DNA of 64,000 bases, taken from assembly GCA_964585065.1 (NCBI GenBank), contig CAZPCB010000003.1, positions 526-64,525 of the forward strand. The letters run 5' to 3'. Positions within the stretch are counted from its first letter, which is position 1. Every line of letters starts with the position of its first letter. Positions 30,026 to 40,939 of this stretch are shown in pieces. Below the pieces are notes generated by a model, which saw nothing but the letters and a program-made list of their open reading frames with translations, had not been told where the DNA came from and did no database searches. The DNA is from an uncultured Candidatus Saccharibacteria bacterium (GTDB taxonomy: Bacteria > Patescibacteriota > Minisyncoccia > SW-4-49-11). The translations under genes were made by a program, and so were the position numbers.

Positions 30026-31657
30026 CTACTCTTTTTTCTGTAATAATACTTTTGTGAGTCCCAGTTTCCAGGTGATAAAAGCATAAATTGCAAGAGCTGG
30101 TATGGAGGATCCGAGTACCTGTAAAATCAGAGCTAAGGTAGTATCTGTTCCCCATATATTTCCAATTAAATGCTTTAATCCATATGCAATAGCTACCATT
30201 CCAAGCGACCAAATACCAATTTGTATACCGTATCGCATAGTACGTATAATACTTCCATGATTAATAGTTCTAAATATAATAGCCCCATACATCAAACAAG
30301 TTGCAATAATAGTAATAGAGAAGGCTGCAGCTACTCCCTGTACCCCCCAATAATGACTTAAGATTAAAGCTAAGAATATATTGAATATCATACTAATAAT
30401 ACCCACTATGGTTGGAGTTTTGGTATCATGGCGAGCGAATAATGTTCTACTAAATAAAGGAATAAGCCCCTGAAATGGTATAGATAAAGCTAATATAGTA
30501 AATGTATCAAAAGTAATACGCGTTGCCTCCCAATCAAAGACTCCACCTCCATATACAATACGTACTAATTGAGCTCTAAAGTTGAGCATAAGCATCATCA
30601 CAGGAATTAATATTAATAAATTTTTTGCAATACCCCCTATAACATAATTTCTAAATGCTTTTTCATCCCCCTTGGCATAAGCTTCTGTTAAAAATGGGAA
30701 TACCGCCGTTGCAAAAGATAAGGCGATAATTCCTAAAGGCAATGTATTAAGATTAAAAGCTAAAGTAAAATATGTGACCGCATTTGCTCTTGTGGAGGCG
30801 ATAATAGTACCAATAAATAAGCTAATCATCGCGGTATCAATCACCAAAAGTCTTGGCCAATATAATTTCCATAATTTCTGTAGATTTTTGATATGAAGAT
30901 TTGTACTGATTTGTAAGCGTATATTAAGCTGTAATATACTTGGGATTTGTATGAAAAGATGTAAGAAAGCCCCCAAAATCACTCCATATCCAAGCCCAGC
31001 TATTCCCCACTCAGGATAAAAATATACAATACCAATAATAATTCCAAAATTATATAATAGTGGTCCCAGGGCTACGATAACAAATTTTTTATACGCATTC
31101 AGTACACTAGATAAAATACTTGATATACTAAATATCAAGGGAGAGATTGCCATAATACGGGTTAAATTTACTGTATTTATAAATTTTTCATTATCATATG
31201 AGATGGCTACCATTTTTACTAAATAGGGAGCGAAGACTATCATTAATAGCGATACTGTACCCATCAAAAGTCCAATTACTAATAAGACATCCTTTATTAA
31301 TGCCTGAGCCTCTTCTGATTTATCTTTTCGATTAATTAATTTACTAAATAGAGGTATAAAAGCACTAGATAATGTACCTAAAATTAAAATATTATATAAA
31401 AAATCTGGAATACGGAAAGCCGAAAAATACGAATCTAGCTCTGATAGTGGAATAGTACTGGTTAATAATCTATCCCTGACTAAACCTAAAATACGAGATA
31501 AAATACTCAATATAACCAATGACCCAGTAGCATATACAAGGGTTGAGGCTGGAAATAATGTCTTTAATTTTCTTACCATAATAGAAGTATTATACACCAT
31601 TCTCATATAAAATAAAACAGACTCCCCTATATAAGAGAAATCTGTTTTATTATACAC
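30026..31657 (-). CDS. murJ: MurJ/MviN family lipid II flippase (start uncertain, possibly the internal Met MVRKL...)
   Basis: 543 aa with about 14 TM segments. The MOP-superfamily N-terminal region SILSRILGLVRDRLLTS...FSAFRIPDFLYNILILGTLSSAFIPLFSKL is MurJ-like. Confidence 0.7.
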   Translation of the reverse strand: MYNKTDFSYIGESVLFYMRMVYNTSIMVRKLKTLFPASTLVYATGSLVILSILSRILGLVRDRLLTSTIPLSELDSYFSAFRIPDFLYNILILGTLSSAFIPLFSKLINRKDKSEEAQALIKDVLLVIGLLMGTVSLLMIVFAPYLVKMVAISYDNEKFINTVNLTRIMAISPLIFSISSILSSVLNAYKKFVIVALGPLLYNFGIIIGIVYFYPEWGIAGLGYGVILGAFLHLFIQIPSILQLNIRLQISTNLHIKNLQKLWKLYWPRLLVIDTAMISLFIGTIIASTRANAVTYFTLAFNLNTLPLGIIALSFATAVFPFLTEAYAKGDEKAFRNYVIGGIAKNLLILIPVMMLMLNFRAQLVRIVYGGGVFDWEATRITFDTFTILALSIPFQGLIPLFSRTLFARHDTKTPTIVGIISMIFNIFLALILSHYWGVQGVAAAFSITIIATCLMYGAIIFRTINHGSIIRTMRYGIQIGIWSLGMVAIAYGLKHLIGNIWGTDTTLALILQVLGSSIPALAIYAFITWKLGLTKVLLQKKE

Positions 31658-31815
31658 AATTCAATCCATTCAATAATTATTCAAGTACATGTCTTTTAGT
31701 AACAATCTGACGCACCTTATCTCAAAAGATAAGGATTTGTTGGTGTAAAAGTATCAAGATTTACATCTTGACCGACCATTCCTTGTTGAATTACTTCAAC
31801 AGGCATATCCTTAGA

Positions 31816-33316
<1,501 letters not shown>

Positions 33317-33448
33317 AACGTCAGATTGTTCCTAAAAAACATCTACTTTTTCTTGTTTACTATAAAGGAATAGTTATTGAACCTTACAATTTTGGTTGTA
33401 AGTTGATTGAATTGTGAATGTTCTGTCTTTTTAATCAGACGTATGTCT

Positions 33449-33477
33449 ATAATACTAGATTTCAAGACTCTTGTCAA
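33449..33477 (-). promoter_or_regulatory. Candidate 16S rRNA promoter: TTGACA-N17-TATTAT, about 135 nt upstream of the mature 5' end
   Basis: The minus strand reads cTTGACAagagtcttgaaatctagTATTATagac. Confidence 0.4.
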
Positions 33478-33598
33478 GATATTAGTGCGTTAAAAATGTA
33501 TTTAATAAAAACCCCTTCGATTTAGAGTTTATTTATTCTCTTTTGTAACCTAATATACGATATGATATACTATATTTGATTATATACATACTATTATT

Positions 33599-34153
33599 AT
33601 GTTTAAAAAAATCTTATATTTCCCTCATAGTCTTTTATTATTATTCTTCTCTATTACGGGATTTGCAGCTGCTTTTATTATTAGTTTTGAGAAATATTTA
33701 ATCCTCAAAAACCCTCTTTATATACCAGGATGTAGTATTAATGTTTGGATTGATTGTGGTAAAGTAATGGGGAGTCAATATGCTACTATGTTTGGGTTTC
33801 CCAATTCATGGCTTGGTATGATTGGATGGCCAATGGCTTGGCTTACGGTATTATATTTATTAACTCATCGTGAATTATCTAGACCTTTTATGTTGATTGC
33901 AATGTCAATAACATTTCCTGCTGTTATTATATCCTATATTTGGACTTATCTTGCCTTTTTTGAAATTGGAGCTATTTGCCCATGGTGTATATTATCTTGT
34001 ATTTCTGCAACTTTTGCTTCTCTTACCTTGGTTGACCTTAATCGAAAACAGGGATTTATCAAATTCCCTATCAAATCATTTAATGCTTGGACTATTACTC
34101 TTGTCGCTTGGTTTGGATTATGGGCAATACTTTTATATATTGCGGTAAAATAA
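33599..34153 (+). CDS. Vitamin K epoxide reductase (VKOR)-family membrane thiol oxidoreductase
   Basis: 184 aa and polytopic. The loop Cys pair is PGCSINVWIDCGKV. The SQYATMFGFPNSWLG motif fits the VKOR T/SxxAxxFGxP pattern. A CPWC redox motif lies within a TM helix (IGAICPWCILS). It is the only plus-strand gene in the window. Confidence 0.6.
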   Translation: MFKKILYFPHSLLLLFFSITGFAAAFIISFEKYLILKNPLYIPGCSINVWIDCGKVMGSQYATMFGFPNSWLGMIGWPMAWLTVLYLLTHRELSRPFMLIAMSITFPAVIISYIWTYLAFFEIGAICPWCILSCISATFASLTLVDLNRKQGFIKFPIKSFNAWTITLVAWFGLWAILLYIAVK

Positions 34154-36208
34154 TTATTTTGTTGATTTAGCAAGCCTCCTTAATAATGGATCTATACTTG
34201 GCTCTTTAGATCTAAATCGTTTATACAGTATTAATGGATGCTCTGATCCTCCTCGAGATAATATATGTTCACGGAATTTGAATCCAATTTCAGAATCAAG
34301 AATTTTACCTCCAGATAAGAAGTATTCAAAAGCATCAGCATCTAATAATTCTGAATATTTATAACTATAATATCCCGCTGAATATCCTCCAGCAAAAATA
34401 TGACTAAAGGCTGGGCTAATCAAAGTTCCTTCCTCAATTGGGAATAATTGTGTTTCTTGATTAATGTGATTTTCTAGACTTACAATATCAATATTCTCCA
34501 AATCCTGTATATCATAATGCCAAGCTAAGTCTAATTTGCCTAATCGTATTTGTCGTATTGTGGCTGAGGCTTCATGAAATGAGGCAATATCTTGAATTTT
34601 TTTAATATCAGATTCTGTAATAGATTCTCCACTTTGCCAATGCTTTCCAATTTTTGCGAGAATTTCAGGTTCATACACCCAATTCTCCATTAATTGAGAT
34701 GGTAATTCTACAAAATCCCAATACACATTAGTTCCTGTCAGAGATGGATATAATCCCTTTCCAAATAATCCATGTAAACCATGGCCAAATTCATGGAATA
34801 GGGTTAATACCTCTTGTAATGTAAGCAAGGATGGGGCATCTCCTTGTGGTCGAGAAAAATTCAGAACCAAGGATATATGAGGATTATAGTTTTTCCCCTC
34901 TTGATATGAAGCTAGCCGAAATGAAGTCATCCAAGCGCCTGATTGTTTGCCTGGGCGAGGATAAAAATCAAAATACATAATACCTATATGACATCCATCT
35001 GCCTCTTGCACTTCATATACTTCTACTTCAGAATGATATACTGGAATATCTTCTCTCTTAATAAAGACTATCCCATATAAGATATTGGCTATATCAAATA
35101 CCCCCTTTAATACCTGATTCAGAGGAAAATACTCCCGAATACTATTCTCATCAAATTGATAGCGAGCTTGTTTTGTTTTTTCTGCATAATAGCTATAATC
35201 ATAGGATCGGAGCTCATTAATATCAGATTTTGCAAATTCACTGATATCTGCAATTTCATCTCGGGCTATATCAATGGCCTTTGTGAGTAGGGTATCTAAT
35301 AATTCCTTTACTTCTACTGGATTTTGTAATACTCTTTCTTTTAATACATAATCTGCATGCGTCTCAAATCTGAGTAGTTTTGCTCTTTGTTGTCTTAATA
35401 ATGCGATACGCTTTATTAATTCCCTATTATCCCATTGATTTGATTGTGCCCCCCTTGTATTATAGGCATAGAATAATTCTTTTCTCAATGCCCTATTATC
35501 TGCATATTGCATAAAAGGAATATAAGAAGGATAGGACAAATCAAATATCCATTCATTGGGATTATCTTGATTCTGGGCACTCGCTATAATAGATTCTGGA
35601 AGACCTGCTAAATCAGCTTTATCGGTAATGATAAGTTTATAATCATTATTCTCAGCTAAAACATTTTGCTGAAATTGTACAGTAAGCCTAGATAATTCTA
35701 GGCCAATTTCTCGTAGATTTTCCTTTTCTTCCTGATTTAATAAGGCTCCATTGCGTATAAAAGAGGAATATGTATCTGCGAGCAAAGTCTCCTGCTCTAT
35801 AGGTAAATCTAGATATTCTTTATTATCATATACCTTTTGTACCTGAAGAAAAAGGTTTTCATTCAAAGAAATATCATTCCAAAAATGAGTAGTGATTTCA
35901 CTTAACTGCGCACATATTTCTTGTAGTTCTGAATTTGTGTCTGCACTATTTAAATTATCAGCAATAGTATGAATATATTGCACTTCATAGGTAGCAAATT
36001 CTAAAGCCTCAATTATATTGTTAAAATCTGGCTTAGATATTTCTTCAATAGCTTGTATTCTACTCTTAGCAATATCAATATGATATTGTATGGCTTCTAT
36101 ATAATGTTGTGGCTGTATATCGAGGAATGGGATATACCCATCTGGATTATTAAAGTCAAGATTTAACAGTAAATTCCGAGCCATTTTCCTATAATCTATT
36201 TGATACAA
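34154..36208 (-). CDS. M3-family zinc oligopeptidase (oligopeptidase A / peptidyl-dipeptidase Dcp-like); the true start is probably the second Met (MARNLLL, about 36184)
   Basis: 684 aa. FHEFGHGLHGLF is the M3 HEXXH signature, and the gene has M3-like length and C-terminal region. Confidence 0.8.
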   Translation of the reverse strand: MYQIDYRKMARNLLLNLDFNNPDGYIPFLDIQPQHYIEAIQYHIDIAKSRIQAIEEISKPDFNNIIEALEFATYEVQYIHTIADNLNSADTNSELQEICAQLSEITTHFWNDISLNENLFLQVQKVYDNKEYLDLPIEQETLLADTYSSFIRNGALLNQEEKENLREIGLELSRLTVQFQQNVLAENNDYKLIITDKADLAGLPESIIASAQNQDNPNEWIFDLSYPSYIPFMQYADNRALRKELFYAYNTRGAQSNQWDNRELIKRIALLRQQRAKLLRFETHADYVLKERVLQNPVEVKELLDTLLTKAIDIARDEIADISEFAKSDINELRSYDYSYYAEKTKQARYQFDENSIREYFPLNQVLKGVFDIANILYGIVFIKREDIPVYHSEVEVYEVQEADGCHIGIMYFDFYPRPGKQSGAWMTSFRLASYQEGKNYNPHISLVLNFSRPQGDAPSLLTLQEVLTLFHEFGHGLHGLFGKGLYPSLTGTNVYWDFVELPSQLMENWVYEPEILAKIGKHWQSGESITESDIKKIQDIASFHEASATIRQIRLGKLDLAWHYDIQDLENIDIVSLENHINQETQLFPIEEGTLISPAFSHIFAGGYSAGYYSYKYSELLDADAFEYFLSGGKILDSEIGFKFREHILSRGGSEHPLILYKRFRSKEPSIDPLLRRLAKSTK

Positions 36209-36761
36209 TTCCCCAATTTATTGCTTTGATATAGGTATCAATATAATCTCCCTTGGTAGCTGGTCTATAATCTATAAAGAAAGCATGCTCCCATAAATCA
36301 ATTACGAATACAATAGGAAGTCCTGCTAAATGCCCAAATTCATGATCAGATACCCATGTGGATAAAAGACTATCAGATTCAGCATCATAATATGTCACTA
36401 CCCAACCAATACCACGAGTCGACCCTATTCGCTTTAACTCAGCTTGATAGGATTCTAATGAGCCATATTGATTGCTAATTAATTGCCCAAACTTAGAGTT
36501 TTCATCTAATACCTTAGCCCCTTCTGATAATTGTGAGAAATAGAATTCATGAAGCCTCAATCCATCAAATTCAAATCCTAATCTTCGCTGTAATTCTGCA
36601 AAGGTAAAAGCATCCCCTTCTGGCTGCCAAGTTTGAATTTTTTCTAATAATGCATTGGTATTTTTTACATATCCTGCATAAAGTCCAAGATGTACTGTAA
36701 TTTGCTCTTCAGATAGTCCAGTATTATTAGGAATATTAAATGATTTTTCTGTATATGCCAT
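36189..36761 (-). CDS. sod: Fe/Mn-family superoxide dismutase (divergent N-terminus)
   Basis: 190 aa. DLWEHAFFIDY is the SOD C-terminal signature and carries the Asp and His ligands. The other ligand histidines are present in TVHL and LHEFYF. Confidence 0.75.
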   Translation of the reverse strand: MAYTEKSFNIPNNTGLSEEQITVHLGLYAGYVKNTNALLEKIQTWQPEGDAFTFAELQRRLGFEFDGLRLHEFYFSQLSEGAKVLDENSKFGQLISNQYGSLESYQAELKRIGSTRGIGWVVTYYDAESDSLLSTWVSDHEFGHLAGLPIVFVIDLWEHAFFIDYRPATKGDYIDTYIKAINWGIVSNRL

Positions 36762-36799
36762 ATATGTATAATTAAGTATAATTCTATTCTCTTAGTATA

Positions 36800-37399
36800 C
36801 TATACTGTATCCAAAATATCTAATAATTTAATAAGTACTTGCCTTGTAGCTCGAGCATCTCCAAGAGCGGTATGAGCTTCATAATCAGTAATACCTAATA
36901 TATCCGTCAAGCCACCTGGACTGGATAGAGAGGTGGATTTAAACATAATATCCTTACCTTTTCGTATATGCAATAGATTAATGGCATTGGCTAATGCCTT
37001 CGTATCAATAATACTATGACCTATTAATTCTCTCCAAAAAAGATTATTTTTACCAACACTATCAAAAATATAATTAAGATACGCAAAATCCATGGGAATA
37101 AAATGAGCAAATAATATCGGCTTATTTTCAAAATGTTTGCGTACAAATCGAGTCATTTTCTTGACTAACTCCTCATAATCAATACCATCTGCATATACCT
37201 TATCTAAATCAATATGATTAATATTCATTGCTTCTTTAGTAATTTCAAAGCCTTCAGGGGGTATAACAAGGGTTTCAAAATGAGCGATTTCTTGTAAGTT
37301 TTTATCTAATACTAATAAAGCTATTTCTATAAGTCCATGTTTATGAGGATGCTGTCCTGTAAACTCAGTATCTATACCCAAATATATTCCCTCCTTCAT
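36800..37399 (-). CDS. DEDDh 3'-5' exonuclease (DnaQ/epsilon-like domain)
   Basis: The Exo I motif is LGIDTEFTG. The Exo II motif is FAHFIPMDFAYL. The Exo III motif is YEAHTALGDARAT. Confidence 0.75.
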   Translation of the reverse strand: MKEGIYLGIDTEFTGQHPHKHGLIEIALLVLDKNLQEIAHFETLVIPPEGFEITKEAMNINHIDLDKVYADGIDYEELVKKMTRFVRKHFENKPILFAHFIPMDFAYLNYIFDSVGKNNLFWRELIGHSIIDTKALANAINLLHIRKGKDIMFKSTSLSSPGGLTDILGITDYEAHTALGDARATRQVLIKLLDILDTV

Positions 37400-37445
37400 A
37401 TATAATTTAAATAATTAATTACTAGTATTATAACATATATAAAAC

Positions 37446-37472
37446 AAAAATCCCCTTTTGGGGGAATTTTTG
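37446..37472 (-). terminator. Intrinsic terminator after rplL: GC stem (tcccc/gggga) flanked by A and T tracts
   Basis: Plus strand aaaaatccccttttgggggaatttttg lies 20 nt downstream of the rplL stop. On the minus strand the hairpin is followed by UUUUUGUUUU. Confidence 0.6.
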
Positions 37473-37492
37473 TTTATTATAGAAAGAGATTA

Positions 37493-37891
37493 TTATTTAA
37501 CAACAACAGTTGCTCCAGCTTCTTGTAATTTAGCTTTGAGTTCATCAGCATCTGCCTTCGAAACTCCTTCTTTTACAGCTTTAGGAGCTGCATCTACGAT
37601 ATCCTTAGCTTCTTTAAGTCCAAGTCCAGTAGCTTCTTTTACTACTTTGATTACTTGAATTTTTGAGCTTCCAGCATCTTCGATGATAACATCAAAAGCT
37701 GACTTTTCTTCAGCTACTGGAGCATCTCCTGCAGCTGGAGCGGCAACACCTACTGCAACTGGAGCTGCAGCTGATACACCAAGAACTTCTTCAAGAACTT
37801 TTACCAGTTCTGATAATTCGATAACACTAAGGTTCTTGATTTCATCAACAATCTTTTCAAATTTTGCGGGTACTGTGAATTCTTCTGACAT
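37493..37891 (-). CDS. rplL: 50S ribosomal protein L7/L12
   Basis: 132 aa. It has an Ala/Pro/Val-rich hinge and a C-terminal [19 protein letters not shown]. Confidence 0.9.
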   Translation of the reverse strand: MSEEFTVPAKFEKIVDEIKNLSVIELSELVKVLEEVLGVSAAAPVAVGVAAPAAGDAPVAEEKSAFDVIIEDAGSSKIQVIKVVKEATGLGLKEAKDIVDAAPKAVKEGVSKADADELKAKLQEAGATVVVK

Positions 37892-37910
37892 ATAGTTATT
37901 CTTAACTTAA

Positions 37911-38435
37911 TTATTTCGTATCTCGATAAGCTGAGATTACAGTTACGAGACCTCTTGCTACACCTGATGTTACTTGCAAGAATTGAGTCATTGGAGCTGC
38001 AAGAGTTCCGACAACCTGTGCCTGCAAGACTTCCTTAGAAGGAAGTTTGGCAAGAGTAGTAACTTGTTCAGCTACAAGATATTGACCATCTAATAATCCT
38101 CCTAATAGGGTAAAGGTATCTTTGGGAGCAGTTTTTGCAAAATTATTTACTACTTTTGCTCCAAATACTGGATCCTCAGCGAATACAACTCCTAGATTTC
38201 CTGGAAGTTGTTCAGCTAATGAAACTTCGAATCCAAGATTCTGTAAAGCCTTATTGAATAAGGTTTTCTTTACAACTTTATATCGAGCATTTTCTACTCT
38301 CAATTGAGTTCGAAGTGTCTGTAAAGCAGATACCCCTGAACCTTGAAAATCAGTAAATACCATCCCCTGTGAGTCAGAAATTGTAGATTGCAATTCTTGC
38401 AACATTTCTTTTTTGCGTGACTTGGTTAATGCCAT
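37911..38435 (-). CDS. rplJ: 50S ribosomal protein L10
   Basis: 174 aa with L10-like sequence, immediately upstream of rplL. Confidence 0.85.
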   Translation of the reverse strand: MALTKSRKKEMLQELQSTISDSQGMVFTDFQGSGVSALQTLRTQLRVENARYKVVKKTLFNKALQNLGFEVSLAEQLPGNLGVVFAEDPVFGAKVVNNFAKTAPKDTFTLLGGLLDGQYLVAEQVTTLAKLPSKEVLQAQVVGTLAAPMTQFLQVTSGVARGLVTVISAYRDTK

Positions 38436-38573
38436 AACGGTATTTTCTCTATTAATCTAACAAAAAAGCTCGACCTTTCCGCCGAGACAAGATAAATACA
38501 GTGATATATACTGCTTTACCTACATAAGTCTTCTGTGTAAACACTGCTTATGGTCTCAGGCTTTATAGCTTTG
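38436..38573 (-). promoter_or_regulatory. Long 5' leader of rplJL (about 137 nt from the predicted TSS); candidate L10(L12)4 autoregulatory leader
   Basis: This is the noncoding stretch between the predicted promoter and the rplJ ATG. Bacterial rplJ leaders are known L10-binding regulatory RNAs. The structure was not verified here. Confidence 0.35.
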
Positions 38574-38579
38574 TTATGT

Positions 38580-38608
38580 ATTATACACCTAAAATAGCCT
38601 GTAGTCAA
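38580..38608 (-). promoter_or_regulatory. Candidate sigma-70 promoter for rplJL: TTGACT-N17-TATAAT
   Basis: The minus strand reads tacTTGACTacaggctattttaggtgTATAATacataac. Confidence 0.5.
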
Positions 38609-38611
38609 GTA

Positions 38612-38636
38612 TATAAAAGATCTCCTTTTGGGAGAC
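38612..38636 (-). terminator. Short hairpin (tctcc/ggaga, UUUU loop) with a U-tract after the hsp20 stop
   Basis: On the minus strand gagtctcccaaaaggagatcttttatat lies about 25 nt downstream of the hsp20 stop and immediately upstream of the rplJ promoter. Confidence 0.45.
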
Positions 38637-38660
38637 TCTTTATAATCACATTAAGAAAAT

Positions 38661-39179
38661 TTATTTGACAGGAATTTTCTTAATCTTAACTTTTTCAGAT
38701 TTTGGAAGAGTTACCGTCAAAACTCCATCTTTAAGTTCAGCTAATGATTTTTCAGCATCAACATCAATAGGAAGAATTACTGAACGAGAAAATGGTCCCC
38801 AATAACATTCTTGATAAAAATAATTCTCTTGTCGAACTTTTACTGGATTTTTTCTCTCTCCTGAAACTGTTACCATATCATTGGTAATAGATACATCTAA
38901 ATCTTTAGCTGTAACACCAGCAATGGTAGATACAATTACAATATCATTATCTGTTTGATATACATCAATAGTAAGAGCTCCTTCTACTAACTCATCATCT
39001 GTTTGAAAACTTGTTTGACTTATACTAGTAGATTCACTACTATCCTCATACAAAGAACTTGGTGAATCTGCTACACCAACAAATCTGCTCCTTAAATCTT
39101 CTTGAATATCATCTTCAATCGCTGGATCTGACTCTTCAAAATCTACTGCTCCTGTTAATTTCCGTAAAATGCTAGACAT
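38661..39179 (-). CDS. Hsp20/alpha-crystallin family small heat-shock protein
   Basis: 172 aa. The alpha-crystallin domain is LTIDVYQTDNDIVIVSTIAGV...GVLTVTLPK. Confidence 0.85.
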   Translation of the reverse strand: MSSILRKLTGAVDFEESDPAIEDDIQEDLRSRFVGVADSPSSLYEDSSESTSISQTSFQTDDELVEGALTIDVYQTDNDIVIVSTIAGVTAKDLDVSITNDMVTVSGERKNPVKVRQENYFYQECYWGPFSRSVILPIDVDAEKSLAELKDGVLTVTLPKSEKVKIKKIPVK

Positions 39180-39270
39180 ACTTTTTTAAATGAATTACTA
39201 CTAGATGTATTGCATTATTATTATACTATCAAATATTTTTAAAAAAAGCAAGTGTTATCCCCAAATAATT

Positions 39271-39969
39271 TCATTTTGATATAATTTTTAGATGTTTTAT
39301 TGTTAAAATCATACCAAAAAATACTGGTAAACATATCAAAAAGTACATCCCCCCTATAATACCGTTTTCTGATATAGATGATATTTCGATAGCAAGATTC
39401 CATAATCCATGAAATATAATTCCTGCTCCAATAAGAGATAATCCTTTTATAATATTGTTCTTTTTTACCCAAAATACTATTCCATATGTGATCAAAAAAC
39501 TTGATATAATATGTACTAATACCGCCGTAAAAGATCTTAGTATCAATAATCTCTGCATATCACCAAAATTATCTGAAGCAAAGCTTAATGTAAAGGCTAA
39601 ATTCTCAATACCTGCAAAACCTAAAGCTATTGTTGCGGCATAAATAAAGGTATCTATTGGCTCATTCCAACGACTTGTATTAATTGCAAACCAGTAAATA
39701 AATAATCCCTTCATAATCTCTTCTATCAAAGCTCCAAATACAAAACTATTGATGGTGGGAGATAATGGAATAGATAATAATGTTAATATTTCTTTACCCC
39801 AAACACCCAATAATACTACAGGTATCGCTACTGCACTACCTAATATAAAAGCCTTGGCAATATCAATTTCTTTTTCTGGATGTATATCTTGTGATAAAAC
39901 GAAATAAAGCCATGCAAAACTCGGTATATAAGAGGCAATAATGATTATGATAATGGGTATATTAGACAT
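39271..39969 (-). CDS. PrsW-like polytopic membrane protease (putative)
   Basis: 232 aa with about 7 TM segments. The EExxK motif (ALIEEIMKG) and downstream conserved His residues (VLVHIISSF, IFHGLWN) resemble the PrsW/CAAX-type protease family. Confidence 0.5.
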   Translation of the reverse strand: MSNIPIIIIIIASYIPSFAWLYFVLSQDIHPEKEIDIAKAFILGSAVAIPVVLLGVWGKEILTLLSIPLSPTINSFVFGALIEEIMKGLFIYWFAINTSRWNEPIDTFIYAATIALGFAGIENLAFTLSFASDNFGDMQRLLILRSFTAVLVHIISSFLITYGIVFWVKKNNIIKGLSLIGAGIIFHGLWNLAIEISSISENGIIGGMYFLICLPVFFGMILTIKHLKIISK

Positions 39970-39970
39970 A

Positions 39971-40939
39971 TTATCTTTTTTTCATTTGTTTATGTAAATA
40001 TACCACCTCTTCCTCAATATGCACGCTGAATAACTCAAATATTCGTTTTTTTACAATATCAATAAGTTTAATAACATCTTCATATGTACCTGTTCCCGTA
40101 TTAATCATATAATTCCCATGTTTCTCACTAATTTGAATTCCTCCTTGAGTAAATCCTTTGAGGCCAGCTTCTTGAATCAAATATCCACTCGGTATAATAC
40201 CTTTCGCCACAAATACCTTTAAATCCGGATATTGACTATAAAGATTTTCATTAATAAACCCCTCATAATTTTTGAATATGCATCCTGAACAGGCAACACC
40301 AACGGGTTGATTTTGGCTTTTTTTAATAATATTATCTCTAATTTGCATTCTACTTGCCTCTATATCACCTTTTTCCAATTCAAATAATCCTCCTAAAATA
40401 ATATCCGTATTATTCTCCTCCTTAAAGCTACTATAGCGATAATGAAAATCTAAGCCACTACTATCAATATCTTCAATAGCCCCATCCCTATATACTCGAA
40501 TTTGTTTTAATTTATCCTTAGTTTCCCCACCAAAGGCTCCTGCATTCCCTCTAATAGCTCCTCCTACACTGGATGGGACAGATGGGGCCCATTCTAATCC
40601 CACCAAATTAGCTTTATGTCCGGAATTTGCTAGCATAGCTAAGCTGACTCCTGCTTCAGCAAATAATTGATTATCCTTAATTTCTATTGATTTTGTATTT
40701 ATTTTAAGAATCAGCCCCTCTGTATCATCATCTTGGATTAATAAATTACAGCCACTTCCAATTAATCCAATGGGTAAGTCTTTTTCCTGAGCAAATCGCA
40801 AAGAATCTATAATATCTTGTTGATTCTCAGCATATACAAGATATTGAGCTTTGCCCCCAATTTTGAAGGTAGATATATCCTTTAATGCAATATTTTCTTG
40901 TATATTCATATTATTTTGTCTGAAGTCCAATAAATTCAT
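39971..40939 (-). CDS. murB: UDP-N-acetylenolpyruvoylglucosamine reductase MurB (start possibly the internal Met MNIQEN, which removes the overlap)
   Basis: 322 aa. The FAD-binding PCMH region is LKDISTFKIGGKAQYLV...LPIGLIGSGCNLL. The C-terminal MurB domain is present. Confidence 0.85.
   Translation of the reverse strand: MNLLDFRQNNMNIQENIALKDISTFKIGGKAQYLVYAENQQDIIDSLRFAQEKDLPIGLIGSGCNLLIQDDDTEGLILKINTKSIEIKDNQLFAEAGVSLAMLANSGHKANLVGLEWAPSVPSSVGGAIRGNAGAFGGETKDKLKQIRVYRDGAIEDIDSSGLDFHYRYSSFKEENNTDIILGGLFELEKGDIEASRMQIRDNIIKKSQNQPVGVACSGCIFKNYEGFINENLYSQYPDLKVFVAKGIIPSGYLIQEAGLKGFTQGGIQISEKHGNYMINTGTGTYEDVIKLIDIVKKRIFELFSVHIEEEVVYLHKQMKKR

Noticed and set aside
36189-36208. Apparent gene overlaps: SOD with the M3 peptidase (20 nt), murB with the DUF4012-like gene (29 nt), rplW with rplD (38 nt).
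   Set aside because: In each case an internal in-frame Met a few codons downstream (MARNLLL, MNIQEN, MAKKEST) removes the overlap. These are start-codon choices of the ORF caller rather than real overlaps.
39239-39472. 77-aa ORF overlapping the 3' end of the PrsW-like gene, and 30012..30212 overlapping murJ.
   Set aside because: They are out-of-frame overlaps with longer, better-supported genes and have low-complexity translations.
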